Assembly (NCBI GenBank): GCA_031285625.1
Contig: JAITVV010000084.1
Location: 32,001-96,000, forward strand
DNA from: Prevotella sp.
GTDB lineage: Bacteria; Bacteroidota; Bacteroidia; Bacteroidales; Dysgonomonadaceae
Direction: 5' to 3'
Length of the DNA: 64,000 nt
The translations under genes and the position numbers were made by a program. Under the pieces are notes generated by a model, which was given only the letters and a program-made list of their open reading frames with translations, made no database searches and was not told the origin of the DNA. Below, piece after piece: positions 1-9,526 of the stretch (its first letter is position 1; every line of letters starts with the position of its first letter).

Positions 1-414
1 TATGGTAACAAGCCCGATGCACTCAGTGGGAACGATGATTGCGGACAAATGTCTGCCTGGTATATATTCAATTGTATGGGCTTCTACCCTACTTGTCCGT
101 CCAGTAATATTTATGCTATAGGCTCTCCGGGAATGGAATCTGTAGAGATGACCTTAGGCAATGGTAAAAAAGTATCTGTAACAACAGAAAATTACAGTAA
201 GCAAAATGTATACATACAAGCTATGTACCTGAATGGAAAAGAGTATAACAAAACATACATCACTTATGACGATATAAAAAACGGTGCTGATATAAAATTC
301 GTACTGGGTACTAACCCTAATATGTCGTGGGGGGTAGCTGACGAATCTGTAGCGCCTTCGTTATCAAAACCGGGAGAAACATTACAATATATTAAAAATA
401 AAAAAATCGAATAA
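1..414 (+). CDS. GH92 alpha-mannosidase, C-terminal part (truncated by window edge)
   Basis: The frame is open from base 1 (YGNKPDALSGNDDCGQMSAWYIFNCMGFYP), matching the GH92 G(N/D)(D/E)DxGQ(M/T)SAWY...GFYP motif also seen in the next gene. The stop overlaps the next ATG (TAATG). Confidence 0.9.
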   Translation, partial: YGNKPDALSGNDDCGQMSAWYIFNCMGFYPTCPSSNIYAIGSPGMESVEMTLGNGKKVSVTTENYSKQNVYIQAMYLNGKEYNKTYITYDDIKNGADIKFVLGTNPNMSWGVADESVAPSLSKPGETLQYIKNKKIE

Positions 415-2702
415 TGAAACATTTACAGCTTATATTATTGGGGTGCCTTATCAGCATACTCAGTATGAATGCTCAAAAAGGAGAACTCGTTGATTATGTA
501 AACCCTTTGGTTGGAACTCAATCAAAACTTTCATTGTCCACCGGTAATACTTATCCTGCCATAGCTATGCCCTGGGGCATGAATTTCTGGATGCCACAAA
601 CAGGTAAGATGGGCGACGGATGGGCATATACATATGATGCAGATAAAATCCGTGGATTTAAGCAAACACATCAGCCAAGCCCATGGATCAATGATTATGG
701 TCAATTTGCGATCATGCCTGTTACAGGAAAAGTAGTATTTGATCAGGATAAACGCGCCAGCTGGTTCTCACATAAAGCAGAAGTTGCCAAACCATACTAC
801 TACAGAGTATATCTGGCTGATCATGATGTAGTGACAGAAATTGCACCTACAGAACGTGCTGCTATGTTCCGTTTTACATTTCCGGAAAATGATAACTCAT
901 ATGTAATTGTAGATGCTTTCGACAGAGGATCGTATATCAAAATCATACCCGAAGAAAACAAGATAATAGGTTATACTACCCGCAACAGTGGAGGTGTACC
1001 CGATAACTTCAAGAACTACTTTGTTGTAACATTTGATAAGCCATTTACATATAAAGCAACAGTCGGTGATAATGAGATAAGGAAGGGAGAAACAGAAGCG
1101 AAGGAAAATCATACCGGAGCTATTATCGGTTTCTCTACAAGAAAAGGAGAGATAGTACATGCCCGTGTAGCATCATCATTTATTAGCCCTGAGCAGGCTG
1201 AACTCAATCTAAAGGAATTAGGCAATAACACATTTGAAGAGGTTAAAGAGAGAGGACGAAGAACATGGAACGAAGTTTTAGGCCGGATTGTAGTCGAAGA
1301 TGATAACATCGACAATCTGCGTACATTCTACTCATGTTTGTACCGTTCGGTCTTATTCCCACGCAGTTTCTTCGAAATAGACGCTCAGGGCAAGGTGATG
1401 CACTACAGTCCATACAACGGAGAAGTACGTCCGGGATATATGTTTACGGATACAGGTTTTTGGGATACATTCCGCTGTCTGTTCCCATTCCTGAATCTGA
1501 TGTATCCGGATATGAATGTGAAAATGCAGGAAGGTTTGGTCAATACTTACAAGGAAAGCGGTTTCCTTCCTGAATGGGCCAGCCCGGGTCACCGTGGTTG
1601 TATGGTAGGTAACAACTCGGCATCGGTAGTCGCAGATGCTTACCTTAAAGGTCTTCGTGGATATGATATAGAAACACTTTGGGAGGCTGTTGTACATGGC
1701 GCTAATGCCGTACATCCTAAAGTAAAATCAACCGGCCGTTATGGTTGGGATTACTATAACAAACTCGGTTATGTGCCTTATGATGTAAAGATAAACGAAA
1801 GTGCAGCCCGCACATTGGAATATGCTTATGATGACTGGACTATCTATAAGCTGGGACAAGCATTAGGTAAACCACAGAGTGAAATTGAGATATTTGCCAA
1901 GCATGCCATGAATTATAAAAATCTTTATGATCCTGAGCATAAACTAATGCGTGGCAAAAACGAAGATGGTAAATTCCAGTCTCCATTCAATCCGTTGAAA
2001 TGGGGAGATGCATTCACTGAAGGTAATAGCTGGCACTATACGTGGTCGGTATTCCACGACCCACAAGGACTAATAGACTTAATGGGCGGAAAACAAGGAT
2101 TCAACCAAATGATGGATTCGGTATTCAATGTACCACCATTATTCGATGATAGTTATTATGGAGGTGTAATACACGAAATCCGCGAAATGCAGATTATGAA
2201 TATGGGTAACTATGCACATGGAAATCAGCCTATACAACACATGATATATATGTACAACTATTCTGCTGAACCTTGGAAGGCTCAATACTGGATTCGTGAG
2301 GTAATGGATAAATTATATACTGCAGCTCCTGACGGATATTGCGGAGATGAAGACAATGGACAAACATCAGCATGGTATGTATTCTCTGCATTAGGCTTCT
2401 ATCCAGTTTGTCCGGGTACTGACGAATATATTATAGGTTCTCCACTGTTTAAGAGTGTAACACTGAATCTGAACAACGGGAAGAAAGTGGTTATTAAAGC
2501 AGATAATGACAAATCTAAGAGATACGTATCATCTATGACAGTGAATGGTAAAAACCACACGAAGAATTACTTAACACACGATATATTAATGAAAGGGGTA
2601 AACATAAATTATAAGATGTCACAAACCCCTAATACCCAAAGAGGTATTCAAGACACTGATCTTCCATATTCATTTTCGAATGAATTGAAAGCAGGCAAAT
2701 AA
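414..2702 (+). CDS. GH92 alpha-1,2-mannosidase, secreted
   Basis: Signal peptide; VNPLVGT, GNTYPA, HQPSPWINDYG, GFWDTFR, RTLEYAYDD, EGNSWHY, HGNQP and GDEDNGQTSAWY motifs. Confidence 0.95.
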   Translation: MKHLQLILLGCLISILSMNAQKGELVDYVNPLVGTQSKLSLSTGNTYPAIAMPWGMNFWMPQTGKMGDGWAYTYDADKIRGFKQTHQPSPWINDYGQFAIMPVTGKVVFDQDKRASWFSHKAEVAKPYYYRVYLADHDVVTEIAPTERAAMFRFTFPENDNSYVIVDAFDRGSYIKIIPEENKIIGYTTRNSGGVPDNFKNYFVVTFDKPFTYKATVGDNEIRKGETEAKENHTGAIIGFSTRKGEIVHARVASSFISPEQAELNLKELGNNTFEEVKERGRRTWNEVLGRIVVEDDNIDNLRTFYSCLYRSVLFPRSFFEIDAQGKVMHYSPYNGEVRPGYMFTDTGFWDTFRCLFPFLNLMYPDMNVKMQEGLVNTYKESGFLPEWASPGHRGCMVGNNSASVVADAYLKGLRGYDIETLWEAVVHGANAVHPKVKSTGRYGWDYYNKLGYVPYDVKINESAARTLEYAYDDWTIYKLGQALGKPQSEIEIFAKHAMNYKNLYDPEHKLMRGKNEDGKFQSPFNPLKWGDAFTEGNSWHYTWSVFHDPQGLIDLMGGKQGFNQMMDSVFNVPPLFDDSYYGGVIHEIREMQIMNMGNYAHGNQPIQHMIYMYNYSAEPWKAQYWIREVMDKLYTAAPDGYCGDEDNGQTSAWYVFSALGFYPVCPGTDEYIIGSPLFKSVTLNLNNGKKVVIKADNDKSKRYVSSMTVNGKNHTKNYLTHDILMKGVNINYKMSQTPNTQRGIQDTDLPYSFSNELKAGK

Positions 2703-2756
2703 TGGATTTAATGGTAGTATTTTAGTTACACTTTGTTGATTTATGGATCACAAAGT

Positions 2757-2785
2757 AATAAACCCGGTTAATAGCCGGGTTTATT
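2757..2785. terminator. Bidirectional intrinsic terminator between convergent GH92 and GH3
   Basis: AATAAACCCGGTTA-A-TAGCCGGGTTTATT inverted repeat with A/T tails. A second, weaker hairpin (ACTTTGTTGAT..ATCACAAAGT) lies just upstream. Confidence 0.8.
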
Positions 2786-2807
2786 TTATTATCTAATGTT
2801 AATACGT

Positions 2808-5234
2808 TTATCTTCTCATATCGTTAAACTCAACTATCTTGTCCATCACATTGTTTACTCTTTCTACTACACTAGTTGATGATAAGCTAAAGGCCTCAGT
2901 ATGTTTTATCTTCTGGGAAGAAGCTCCCACTTCGACTCTATATACTCCTTTATCGGCAATCCATGCAGACTGTTGTTCATTAAATGAAGCCAGATCTTTA
3001 GGTGTGATCCTAAAAACTAAAGTCTGGGCTTCGCCTGGTTGCAACAGCTTTGTCTTGGCAAAAGCTTTCAACTCTTTTACTGGCTTATCAATACTTCCCT
3101 GAGGAGCTGATAAATAAAGTTGTACAACTTCTTTTCCTGCTACACTTCCGGAATTCTTTATATCTATACTTACATATAATTCTTTATCAAAATCCCTGTC
3201 ATTCAATCTTATATTTGAATAGTCAAATTTAGTATAGGACAAACCATATCCAAATTCATATGCAGGTTTCACCCCGAATGAATCAAAGTAGCGATATCCT
3301 ACATAGACACCTTCTTTATACATCACATCGGTTGGTTTATCAGCAGGTAATCCCTGAAAATTATCAGCAGAAGAAACATCTTCATATCTCACAGGGAAAG
3401 TCATAGTTAATTTACCCGACGGATTTACTTTTCCGGTTAGTATATCTGCAACCGCATTTCCGCCTTCCTGCCCCGGTAACCAAGCCTGAAGAAGCGCATC
3501 AGTCTTGCCTTTCCAACTCTCGGTTTCAACCTGTCCTCCAACATTTATTACTACAACCACTTTTTTACCTAGTGCATGATATTGAGTCGACACCTTTTCT
3601 ATCAGGTCTTGCTCTTCTTTAGTCAGATAAAAGTCATCCTCAATTTTTCGGTCATCCATCTCCCCAGAACTTCTGCCTATTGTGATAATCGCCAGATCGT
3701 TATTCACAGCGCTTTCCCTGATCAATGATTCTTTCAGTTGAGGTTGAGGCATCAATGGGACTAAAGCTAAAGGGTTAGACTTCATCTGCTCTTTTACTCT
3801 GGCAGTTTCTTTTTCGACAAATGGTACATACAGATTGCTAAGCTTTTGATCTATTACATAACCTGCATTAGTCAATCCTTCAGTAAGAGATATCACATAC
3901 GCCTTATTAACATCACCACTGCCTGTACCTCCTGCTATAAAGCTATATGAGAGACTACCAAATACAGCTAGTTTATTCACGTTTGATGCTAAAGGCAATA
4001 CCCTATTGTTTTCCAATAATACCATTCCTTCGGCGGCAACCTGTCTTGCAACTAAAGCATGTGCTTTCAGGTCAGGTTTATTAGAAAATTTATAACCACG
4101 CATTGTATTAGAGGCAAATATCATATTCAATATCCGCTCAACACAAATATCCAAATCCTTTTCCGTTAAGCTCCCGGATTGTAGATCTTTTATAATATCT
4201 TGCTTTTGGGCAGGTATACCCGGCATCAACAAATCATTTCCGGCTTTAAGCTGTTGAGATGTATTATGTTCTACTGTCTTATTTTGTAAAGCCTTAAGAG
4301 CATCGCTATATCCGCCAAACCAGTCAGTCATCACTAATCCTCTAAACCCCCATTCGTCTCTCAGAATAGTTGTCAACAAATCATAATCGGCAAATGTATA
4401 TTTACCATTAATCTTATTATATGATGACATTATTGTAGCCGGATTAGATTCCTTAACTGCGATCTCAAAACCTCGCAAATATATTTCTCTCAAGGCTCTT
4501 TGTGATACATGAACGTTAAGATCCATTCTGTTTTTTTCGCTATTATTTGCAGCATAGTGCTTTAAAGATACACCCGAACCATTAGCTTGAATACCGTTGG
4601 TCATTGCTACCGCAATCTTACCTGAAACTACAGGATCCTCCGAATAGTACTCATAATTTCTACCACATAGAGGATTACGCATAATATTCAGTGCCGGAGC
4701 TAACTGAATATCCGAACCATACTCTAGGACTTCATTTCCTAAAGCTTCTCCCACTCTTTCTATCAACTTCGTATCCCATGTAGATGCGAGTAATGTTCCA
4801 ACAGGAAAGCCTGTTGCATAAAATGTATCTGATGTATTTTTACGGGTTGGGCTAATACGTACACCTGCAGGGCCATCAGTCATAACAATAGCCGGAATAC
4901 CATATTTTTCCAATGGGAAAGTTGTTCCCGCAGCACCCGGAACTAAGTATTCTGTTCCCCCGACAACCATACCCTGAATAAGCCCTTCAAAACCTTTCAT
5001 CCCGGTTCCCATTACAAGATCTATTTTCTCATCTATTGTCAAACGAGACATTAAATCAGCCGTACGCTTACTATCCGGCAAACGGATATCTTCATATGGT
5101 TGAAGCTTTCCATCCTTATTCAGATCTACGATCCGTACTCCATCTACTGTTATACATGACTTGGTTTGCGCTTGAGTATAAGATACAGAACTGAGCCCCA
5201 GTAAAAGCGAAAGAGCAATAGTATTTCTTTTCAT
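2808..5234 (-). CDS. GH3 beta-glucosidase with C-terminal Fn3-like domain, secreted
   Basis: DGPAGVR, RNPLCGRNYEYYSEDP, KHYAAN, MSSYN, nucleophile motif VMTDW, EGVYVGYRYF, GKEVVQLY, ELKAFAK. Start moved to the ATG at 5234 (MKRNTIALSLLLG, signal peptide). Confidence 0.92.
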   Translation of the reverse strand: MKRNTIALSLLLGLSSVSYTQAQTKSCITVDGVRIVDLNKDGKLQPYEDIRLPDSKRTADLMSRLTIDEKIDLVMGTGMKGFEGLIQGMVVGGTEYLVPGAAGTTFPLEKYGIPAIVMTDGPAGVRISPTRKNTSDTFYATGFPVGTLLASTWDTKLIERVGEALGNEVLEYGSDIQLAPALNIMRNPLCGRNYEYYSEDPVVSGKIAVAMTNGIQANGSGVSLKHYAANNSEKNRMDLNVHVSQRALREIYLRGFEIAVKESNPATIMSSYNKINGKYTFADYDLLTTILRDEWGFRGLVMTDWFGGYSDALKALQNKTVEHNTSQQLKAGNDLLMPGIPAQKQDIIKDLQSGSLTEKDLDICVERILNMIFASNTMRGYKFSNKPDLKAHALVARQVAAEGMVLLENNRVLPLASNVNKLAVFGSLSYSFIAGGTGSGDVNKAYVISLTEGLTNAGYVIDQKLSNLYVPFVEKETARVKEQMKSNPLALVPLMPQPQLKESLIRESAVNNDLAIITIGRSSGEMDDRKIEDDFYLTKEEQDLIEKVSTQYHALGKKVVVVINVGGQVETESWKGKTDALLQAWLPGQEGGNAVADILTGKVNPSGKLTMTFPVRYEDVSSADNFQGLPADKPTDVMYKEGVYVGYRYFDSFGVKPAYEFGYGLSYTKFDYSNIRLNDRDFDKELYVSIDIKNSGSVAGKEVVQLYLSAPQGSIDKPVKELKAFAKTKLLQPGEAQTLVFRITPKDLASFNEQQSAWIADKGVYRVEVGASSQKIKHTEAFSLSSTSVVERVNNVMDKIVEFNDMRR

Positions 5235-5253
5235 TACAAATTCATTTATAAAA

Positions 5254-5293
5254 AAATGTTGGGATAGCGCCATTAACGTGTATCCCAACATTT
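5254..5293 (-). terminator. Intergenic stem-loop, terminator-like, between histidine phosphatase and distal GH3
   Basis: 13-bp inverted repeat AAATGTTGGGATA...TATCCCAACATTT followed on the minus strand by a U-tract. Confidence 0.6.
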
Positions 5294-5305
5294 CCCTGCG
5301 TTTAA

Positions 5306-6100
5306 TTACTTACCTGAAACCAATTTACCCTTCTCTATATAGCTCATATCACCAAACGATTCCAACTTGAATTTGCCATCTTTATACGTTACCTTACATA
5401 CTGCAGCATTACCCATATGTCCTGCATCCGGTTTTTTACCATAACTATCCAGATCCGAAAGGAAAATTCCGATAGACATACCATGACCTACAAGCAGAAT
5501 ATTTCCACCTCCATTGGCGGCTTCTTTTTCTGCTATTTCACGAATAGCCTTTTGTCCTCTGGCCTTTACCTCATTGTAGTCTTCTCCGATTCCCAATGTT
5601 TCCAGAGCCTTGAATGAATCTACCATATCTTTTAACAACGCCGGATTCTTCTCCATAGCTGCCATCATCTCTTTATATGATTTATAATGAAGATACAGTG
5701 CTGCATCATTCCACATTTTGGGATTGAATTCGCCTTCATAACTACCGAAGTTAGTTTCGCGTACCCCTGGCACTTCTATCACAGCCATATTACCCTGTCC
5801 TTTTTTATCTAATACGATACGGGCTGTTTGGCGGGCACGTCCCAGATCACTGGAATATGCAGCTTTAAACTGTATACCGAGTTCTTTTAATCCTACACCT
5901 AGGTATTCAGCCACTTCTACTCCGGCTGGTGTAAGTGGTGTATCAGCCCATCCTTGTACACGATCCATTGTATTCAATATAGTTTTACCATGACGGGTAA
6001 AATAAAATGTAACAGTATTATCTTTAGAACCCTTTTGTGCAAAAGAGTATGGCATAATACCTAATAAAGCGACCAATAGTAATAATTTATATTTTTTCAT
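5306..6100 (-). CDS. Histidine phosphatase (phosphoglycerate mutase-like, branch 1), secreted
   Basis: Signal peptide (MKKYKLLLLVALLGIMPYSFAQ); TRHGKT catalytic motif, SSDLGRARQTA, ETNFG, VGHG. Confidence 0.9.
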   Translation of the reverse strand: MKKYKLLLLVALLGIMPYSFAQKGSKDNTVTFYFTRHGKTILNTMDRVQGWADTPLTPAGVEVAEYLGVGLKELGIQFKAAYSSDLGRARQTARIVLDKKGQGNMAVIEVPGVRETNFGSYEGEFNPKMWNDAALYLHYKSYKEMMAAMEKNPALLKDMVDSFKALETLGIGEDYNEVKARGQKAIREIAEKEAANGGGNILLVGHGMSIGIFLSDLDSYGKKPDAGHMGNAAVCKVTYKDGKFKLESFGDMSYIEKGKLVSGK

Positions 6101-6224
6101 GTCTTATATTTTTAATTATTCTCTTAATGATTTTAAATGGCAGGTTATATAAATTACCCTGCCATTATTATAGAGTTGTTTTGTGTATTGCTGCATTGCA
6201 GCTATAAGGTTTAAGAGAGTCCTT

Positions 6225-7154
6225 TTATTTTTTAAATATCAATAATACAGGATAATGATCAGAATAAACATCAGTAAAATCATCTTTTATTATCTCACAT
6301 TTTACGATATCATTCTTCATATTCGCACTCACATAGAGATAGTCGTAGCGAAGAGGAAATTTCGACTGATCATAGAACAGCTTGGTGGGAGCCGATGGTA
6401 CAAATTGCGGATGGGATACCTTGAACGCATCAATAAATCCGAAATCTAAAATCTTCTGTTGTATAGTATAGTCCAATTCATCATCCTTCCCTAAGTTTTT
6501 ATTATGCGGCCTTTTCTTTCTGTCTTCCCTGATAAAATCACGCAACAGATTATTATCATACTCACTCTTATCTAGTGGAGACACTGAATTCAAATCACCC
6601 ATAAATAACCATTTCCAATCAGCTGGCTTTGATTTTACAGTAGCCAGTATCTGATCAATTTCATAGCCCCTTTTTTCGGATGAAAAAGGATGGAAATGTG
6701 TTACTACAAAATGATGTCCTCCGATTTCGGCTGTAAGAAAACCATGGGAAGCATTTTCTACAACACGGGTTACATTTACAATCGGATATTTGGAAGTAAT
6801 AGCAACAGGAAAGCTGATAGAACCATCAGGAGCCGGTTCTCTTACTATAAATACATAAGGATGTCCATAGCTCTCAGCTAGCTTTTGCAGGTTATTAGGA
6901 TTTGAACCCTTCGGAGCAAACTCCGGATTTTGTTGAGTAAATCCATTCATTTCCTGCAATGCCAATATATCGGGATCCTGTTGTTTTATCCATTTCGCAA
7001 ATTGAGATTTATTTTCAGTGCTATCCTGTCTCATTCCCCAATAAACATTATAACTTATAAGTTTTAATGTTTTACTTTCCTGAGCTAGTGTATTTAAGGA
7101 AATCAAAACTCCTATTGACAAAAGCATCAGCATTTTTATTATTATCTTTTTCAT
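6225..7154 (-). CDS. Endonuclease/exonuclease/phosphatase (EEP) family metallophosphoesterase, secreted
   Basis: Signal peptide; ISYNV, LALQEM, THFHP, MGDLNS, RYDYL and SDHYPV motifs. Confidence 0.9.
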   Translation of the reverse strand: MKKIIIKMLMLLSIGVLISLNTLAQESKTLKLISYNVYWGMRQDSTENKSQFAKWIKQQDPDILALQEMNGFTQQNPEFAPKGSNPNNLQKLAESYGHPYVFIVREPAPDGSISFPVAITSKYPIVNVTRVVENASHGFLTAEIGGHHFVVTHFHPFSSEKRGYEIDQILATVKSKPADWKWLFMGDLNSVSPLDKSEYDNNLLRDFIREDRKKRPHNKNLGKDDELDYTIQQKILDFGFIDAFKVSHPQFVPSAPTKLFYDQSKFPLRYDYLYVSANMKNDIVKCEIIKDDFTDVYSDHYPVLLIFKK

Positions 7155-7174
7155 AATATTCTATTTAGGAGTAT

Positions 7175-9484
7175 TTAGAATTTAATTTTCGTCTTGAACT
7201 CGATAGTAAACGGACGTATGTATGTTCCCACTAACGGTTTGTCATAAAGAGCTGTTGCTTGTTCTGCTGTTGTTGTGTTTGTTCCAGAAATAGAACCTTG
7301 TGCGCCACTCTGATTCAACAAGTTAACTGCACTAATAGAGAAATCTACATTCTTATCATATTTATAGTTCAACCCGGCGAATGTTTCCCAGCGTTCAGCA
7401 AATACCAGTGTATTAGGATAGTTTGCATATTCTTTGCTGAAATAACGAGCACTTGCCCATAGTCTGAATTTACCCCAAGAATAACTAGGGTCGATCTCTA
7501 TCAAAGTCTTGGATACGCTACGTGCTACATTACCATTGTTACTGAATTGCTCTCCAAATACTTCAAACTCATAGTTCTCATATTTAGGATTCTGGAGTGT
7601 CAACAATGCATGTAATTGGAATCCTTTAAAGGGTTTGAATAAAATATCCGTAGTCCATCCGATAGTATTTACATCATAGCTGATAGTTTGTTTTTCAGTT
7701 ACAGTTTCACCTGCTATTACTTTGTTAAATGTCGAATTATTCTTGAAGTTTGTTCGCTTAATCTTCGTCATTTTGGATACTATATTAATCATCGGATGAT
7801 TAAAGTACACACCTGCAGAGAAGCCCGGAATTTCACATTTTTCGATACCCGGATCATCTGCACCAGCATACATACTAAGTTTTCCGGCTTGTTGTATATA
7901 CATAACGTCTGCAAGGAATCCCAGATTCATAGGTTTGTCCGGTGTACCTAAATTAGGAAATGCTTTCCATGTAGCACTGGCAGTACCAGTTATGTTAAAC
8001 CAGTCTTTCTTTACATCCGTAGTTTTGCCAGATACCCAATTTGTTCCGCCAGCAGCGCGATCTTCAGCAGAATACCAGTCTCCATCTATTCTTTGCCATT
8101 CTAATCTTGTACCCAAGTCGAAAGTAAGCCTGTCATTAACAGTCCATTTCTCTGTACCTACAATAGCCATTTTATTATCTACCCCATTGTAATATTGCAT
8201 AGCAACATTATGATTTCTGTTACCATACTGATCTGTTTTAGACACCCAGTTTGTTCCATCGAATTGCTCATAAACCAATGCTCTTGGGTTTGGAGCAGCT
8301 TCAAACTGATAGCTATATGTGGCCATATTCACTTTGTCTGCATTATAATACCAGTTGTGAAATCCCACCATCCAATGATGCTTTTCCGATTTTTTGCTTA
8401 ATTCGAAACGAGCCATTACCGTATTCTTTACAGTACTTGGAGCAGCAATCATCATACCATTCTGCACAAGCCCGGTATAAGGTTGATCCGGATGATCAGC
8501 ATAGAAATACCTCTTATCACCTTCTTTAGGAGTAGCACTTGGTTGCTCTGCATTACTAATATTAGATAAATATGGGTTATACATACCTGAATTTGCATAA
8601 TGATAACGCAACGTATAATCCAACATCATACCATTATCAAATTTATGATCTCCCATCAGGTCTATAACATGCGAAGTACTTGACAAATCTTTCATAGCAT
8701 CCCATGCTTTTGCTTCTCCTGTTATAGGATCTATCACATTCAAGATACCGGATTGCTCCAGATATGAATCCCTCCCTATTCTAAATCCAGGAATTTTGTC
8801 AACTGTTCCATCCTTATGATAAATATATGGACTATTTTTAGTAGATATAGCTTCACTATATGCAAATTTATATTGTAATCCGATCTGCCCTCTACTGTAT
8901 TTCTTATTGATAACACCTTTATATATCTGAGTCTTATCCATAAATGTAGATATATTGGAACGGAAAGTTCCCGGATCCATATTTATAAATGCTGTAAGTG
9001 AGTAATAAAATCCATTCTTCATCGGGCCACTGATTCCAACATCCCCTCTTAGTAATCCAAAAGAGTTAGTTGTAAATCCTGCCGACCCTTTAAATTTTTC
9101 AGTACCCCTGTTTGTCCATGTACTAACAGATACACCAACATCACTTGCAAAAAGAGCTGTTTCGGAAACATTCAGTACTCCGAATTTTGCAATTCCTGCA
9201 TCCTGCCTCCACAAGAGAGTAGGCATCTGTCCCATATAATCGTACGTTACAGGCAATCCATTCTCTAAAATAACAGTACCTCCTACACTTGCAGGTAACC
9301 CGATATTTACAGCACGCGGTCCATTATCTGCCGATGCATTTAACATCACATTTGCAGTTCCTCCGGCTTTAGGATCCGCAACTTTTGTAGTATCTGTCGG
9401 TGTCTTCGTTTGTGCTATAGCAGAAACACCCATTGTAGAAACCAGAGCCAATAGTAAAGCTCGAGAATAAATTCTTTTTTTCAT
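7175..9484 (-). CDS. TonB-dependent receptor-like outer-membrane beta-barrel (non-SusC type)
   Basis: Signal peptide; plug-like ILENGLPV segment; amphipathic beta-strands; ISAVNLLN..RPFTIEFKTKIKF end with terminal Phe. SusC signature motifs are absent. Confidence 0.8.
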   Translation of the reverse strand: MKKRIYSRALLLALVSTMGVSAIAQTKTPTDTTKVADPKAGGTANVMLNASADNGPRAVNIGLPASVGGTVILENGLPVTYDYMGQMPTLLWRQDAGIAKFGVLNVSETALFASDVGVSVSTWTNRGTEKFKGSAGFTTNSFGLLRGDVGISGPMKNGFYYSLTAFINMDPGTFRSNISTFMDKTQIYKGVINKKYSRGQIGLQYKFAYSEAISTKNSPYIYHKDGTVDKIPGFRIGRDSYLEQSGILNVIDPITGEAKAWDAMKDLSSTSHVIDLMGDHKFDNGMMLDYTLRYHYANSGMYNPYLSNISNAEQPSATPKEGDKRYFYADHPDQPYTGLVQNGMMIAAPSTVKNTVMARFELSKKSEKHHWMVGFHNWYYNADKVNMATYSYQFEAAPNPRALVYEQFDGTNWVSKTDQYGNRNHNVAMQYYNGVDNKMAIVGTEKWTVNDRLTFDLGTRLEWQRIDGDWYSAEDRAAGGTNWVSGKTTDVKKDWFNITGTASATWKAFPNLGTPDKPMNLGFLADVMYIQQAGKLSMYAGADDPGIEKCEIPGFSAGVYFNHPMINIVSKMTKIKRTNFKNNSTFNKVIAGETVTEKQTISYDVNTIGWTTDILFKPFKGFQLHALLTLQNPKYENYEFEVFGEQFSNNGNVARSVSKTLIEIDPSYSWGKFRLWASARYFSKEYANYPNTLVFAERWETFAGLNYKYDKNVDFSISAVNLLNQSGAQGSISGTNTTTAEQATALYDKPLVGTYIRPFTIEFKTKIKF

Positions 9485-9526
9485 TGTTTAAAGTATTAAA
9501 TAGGGTTAAAAAGGTTTTTTCTGAAT

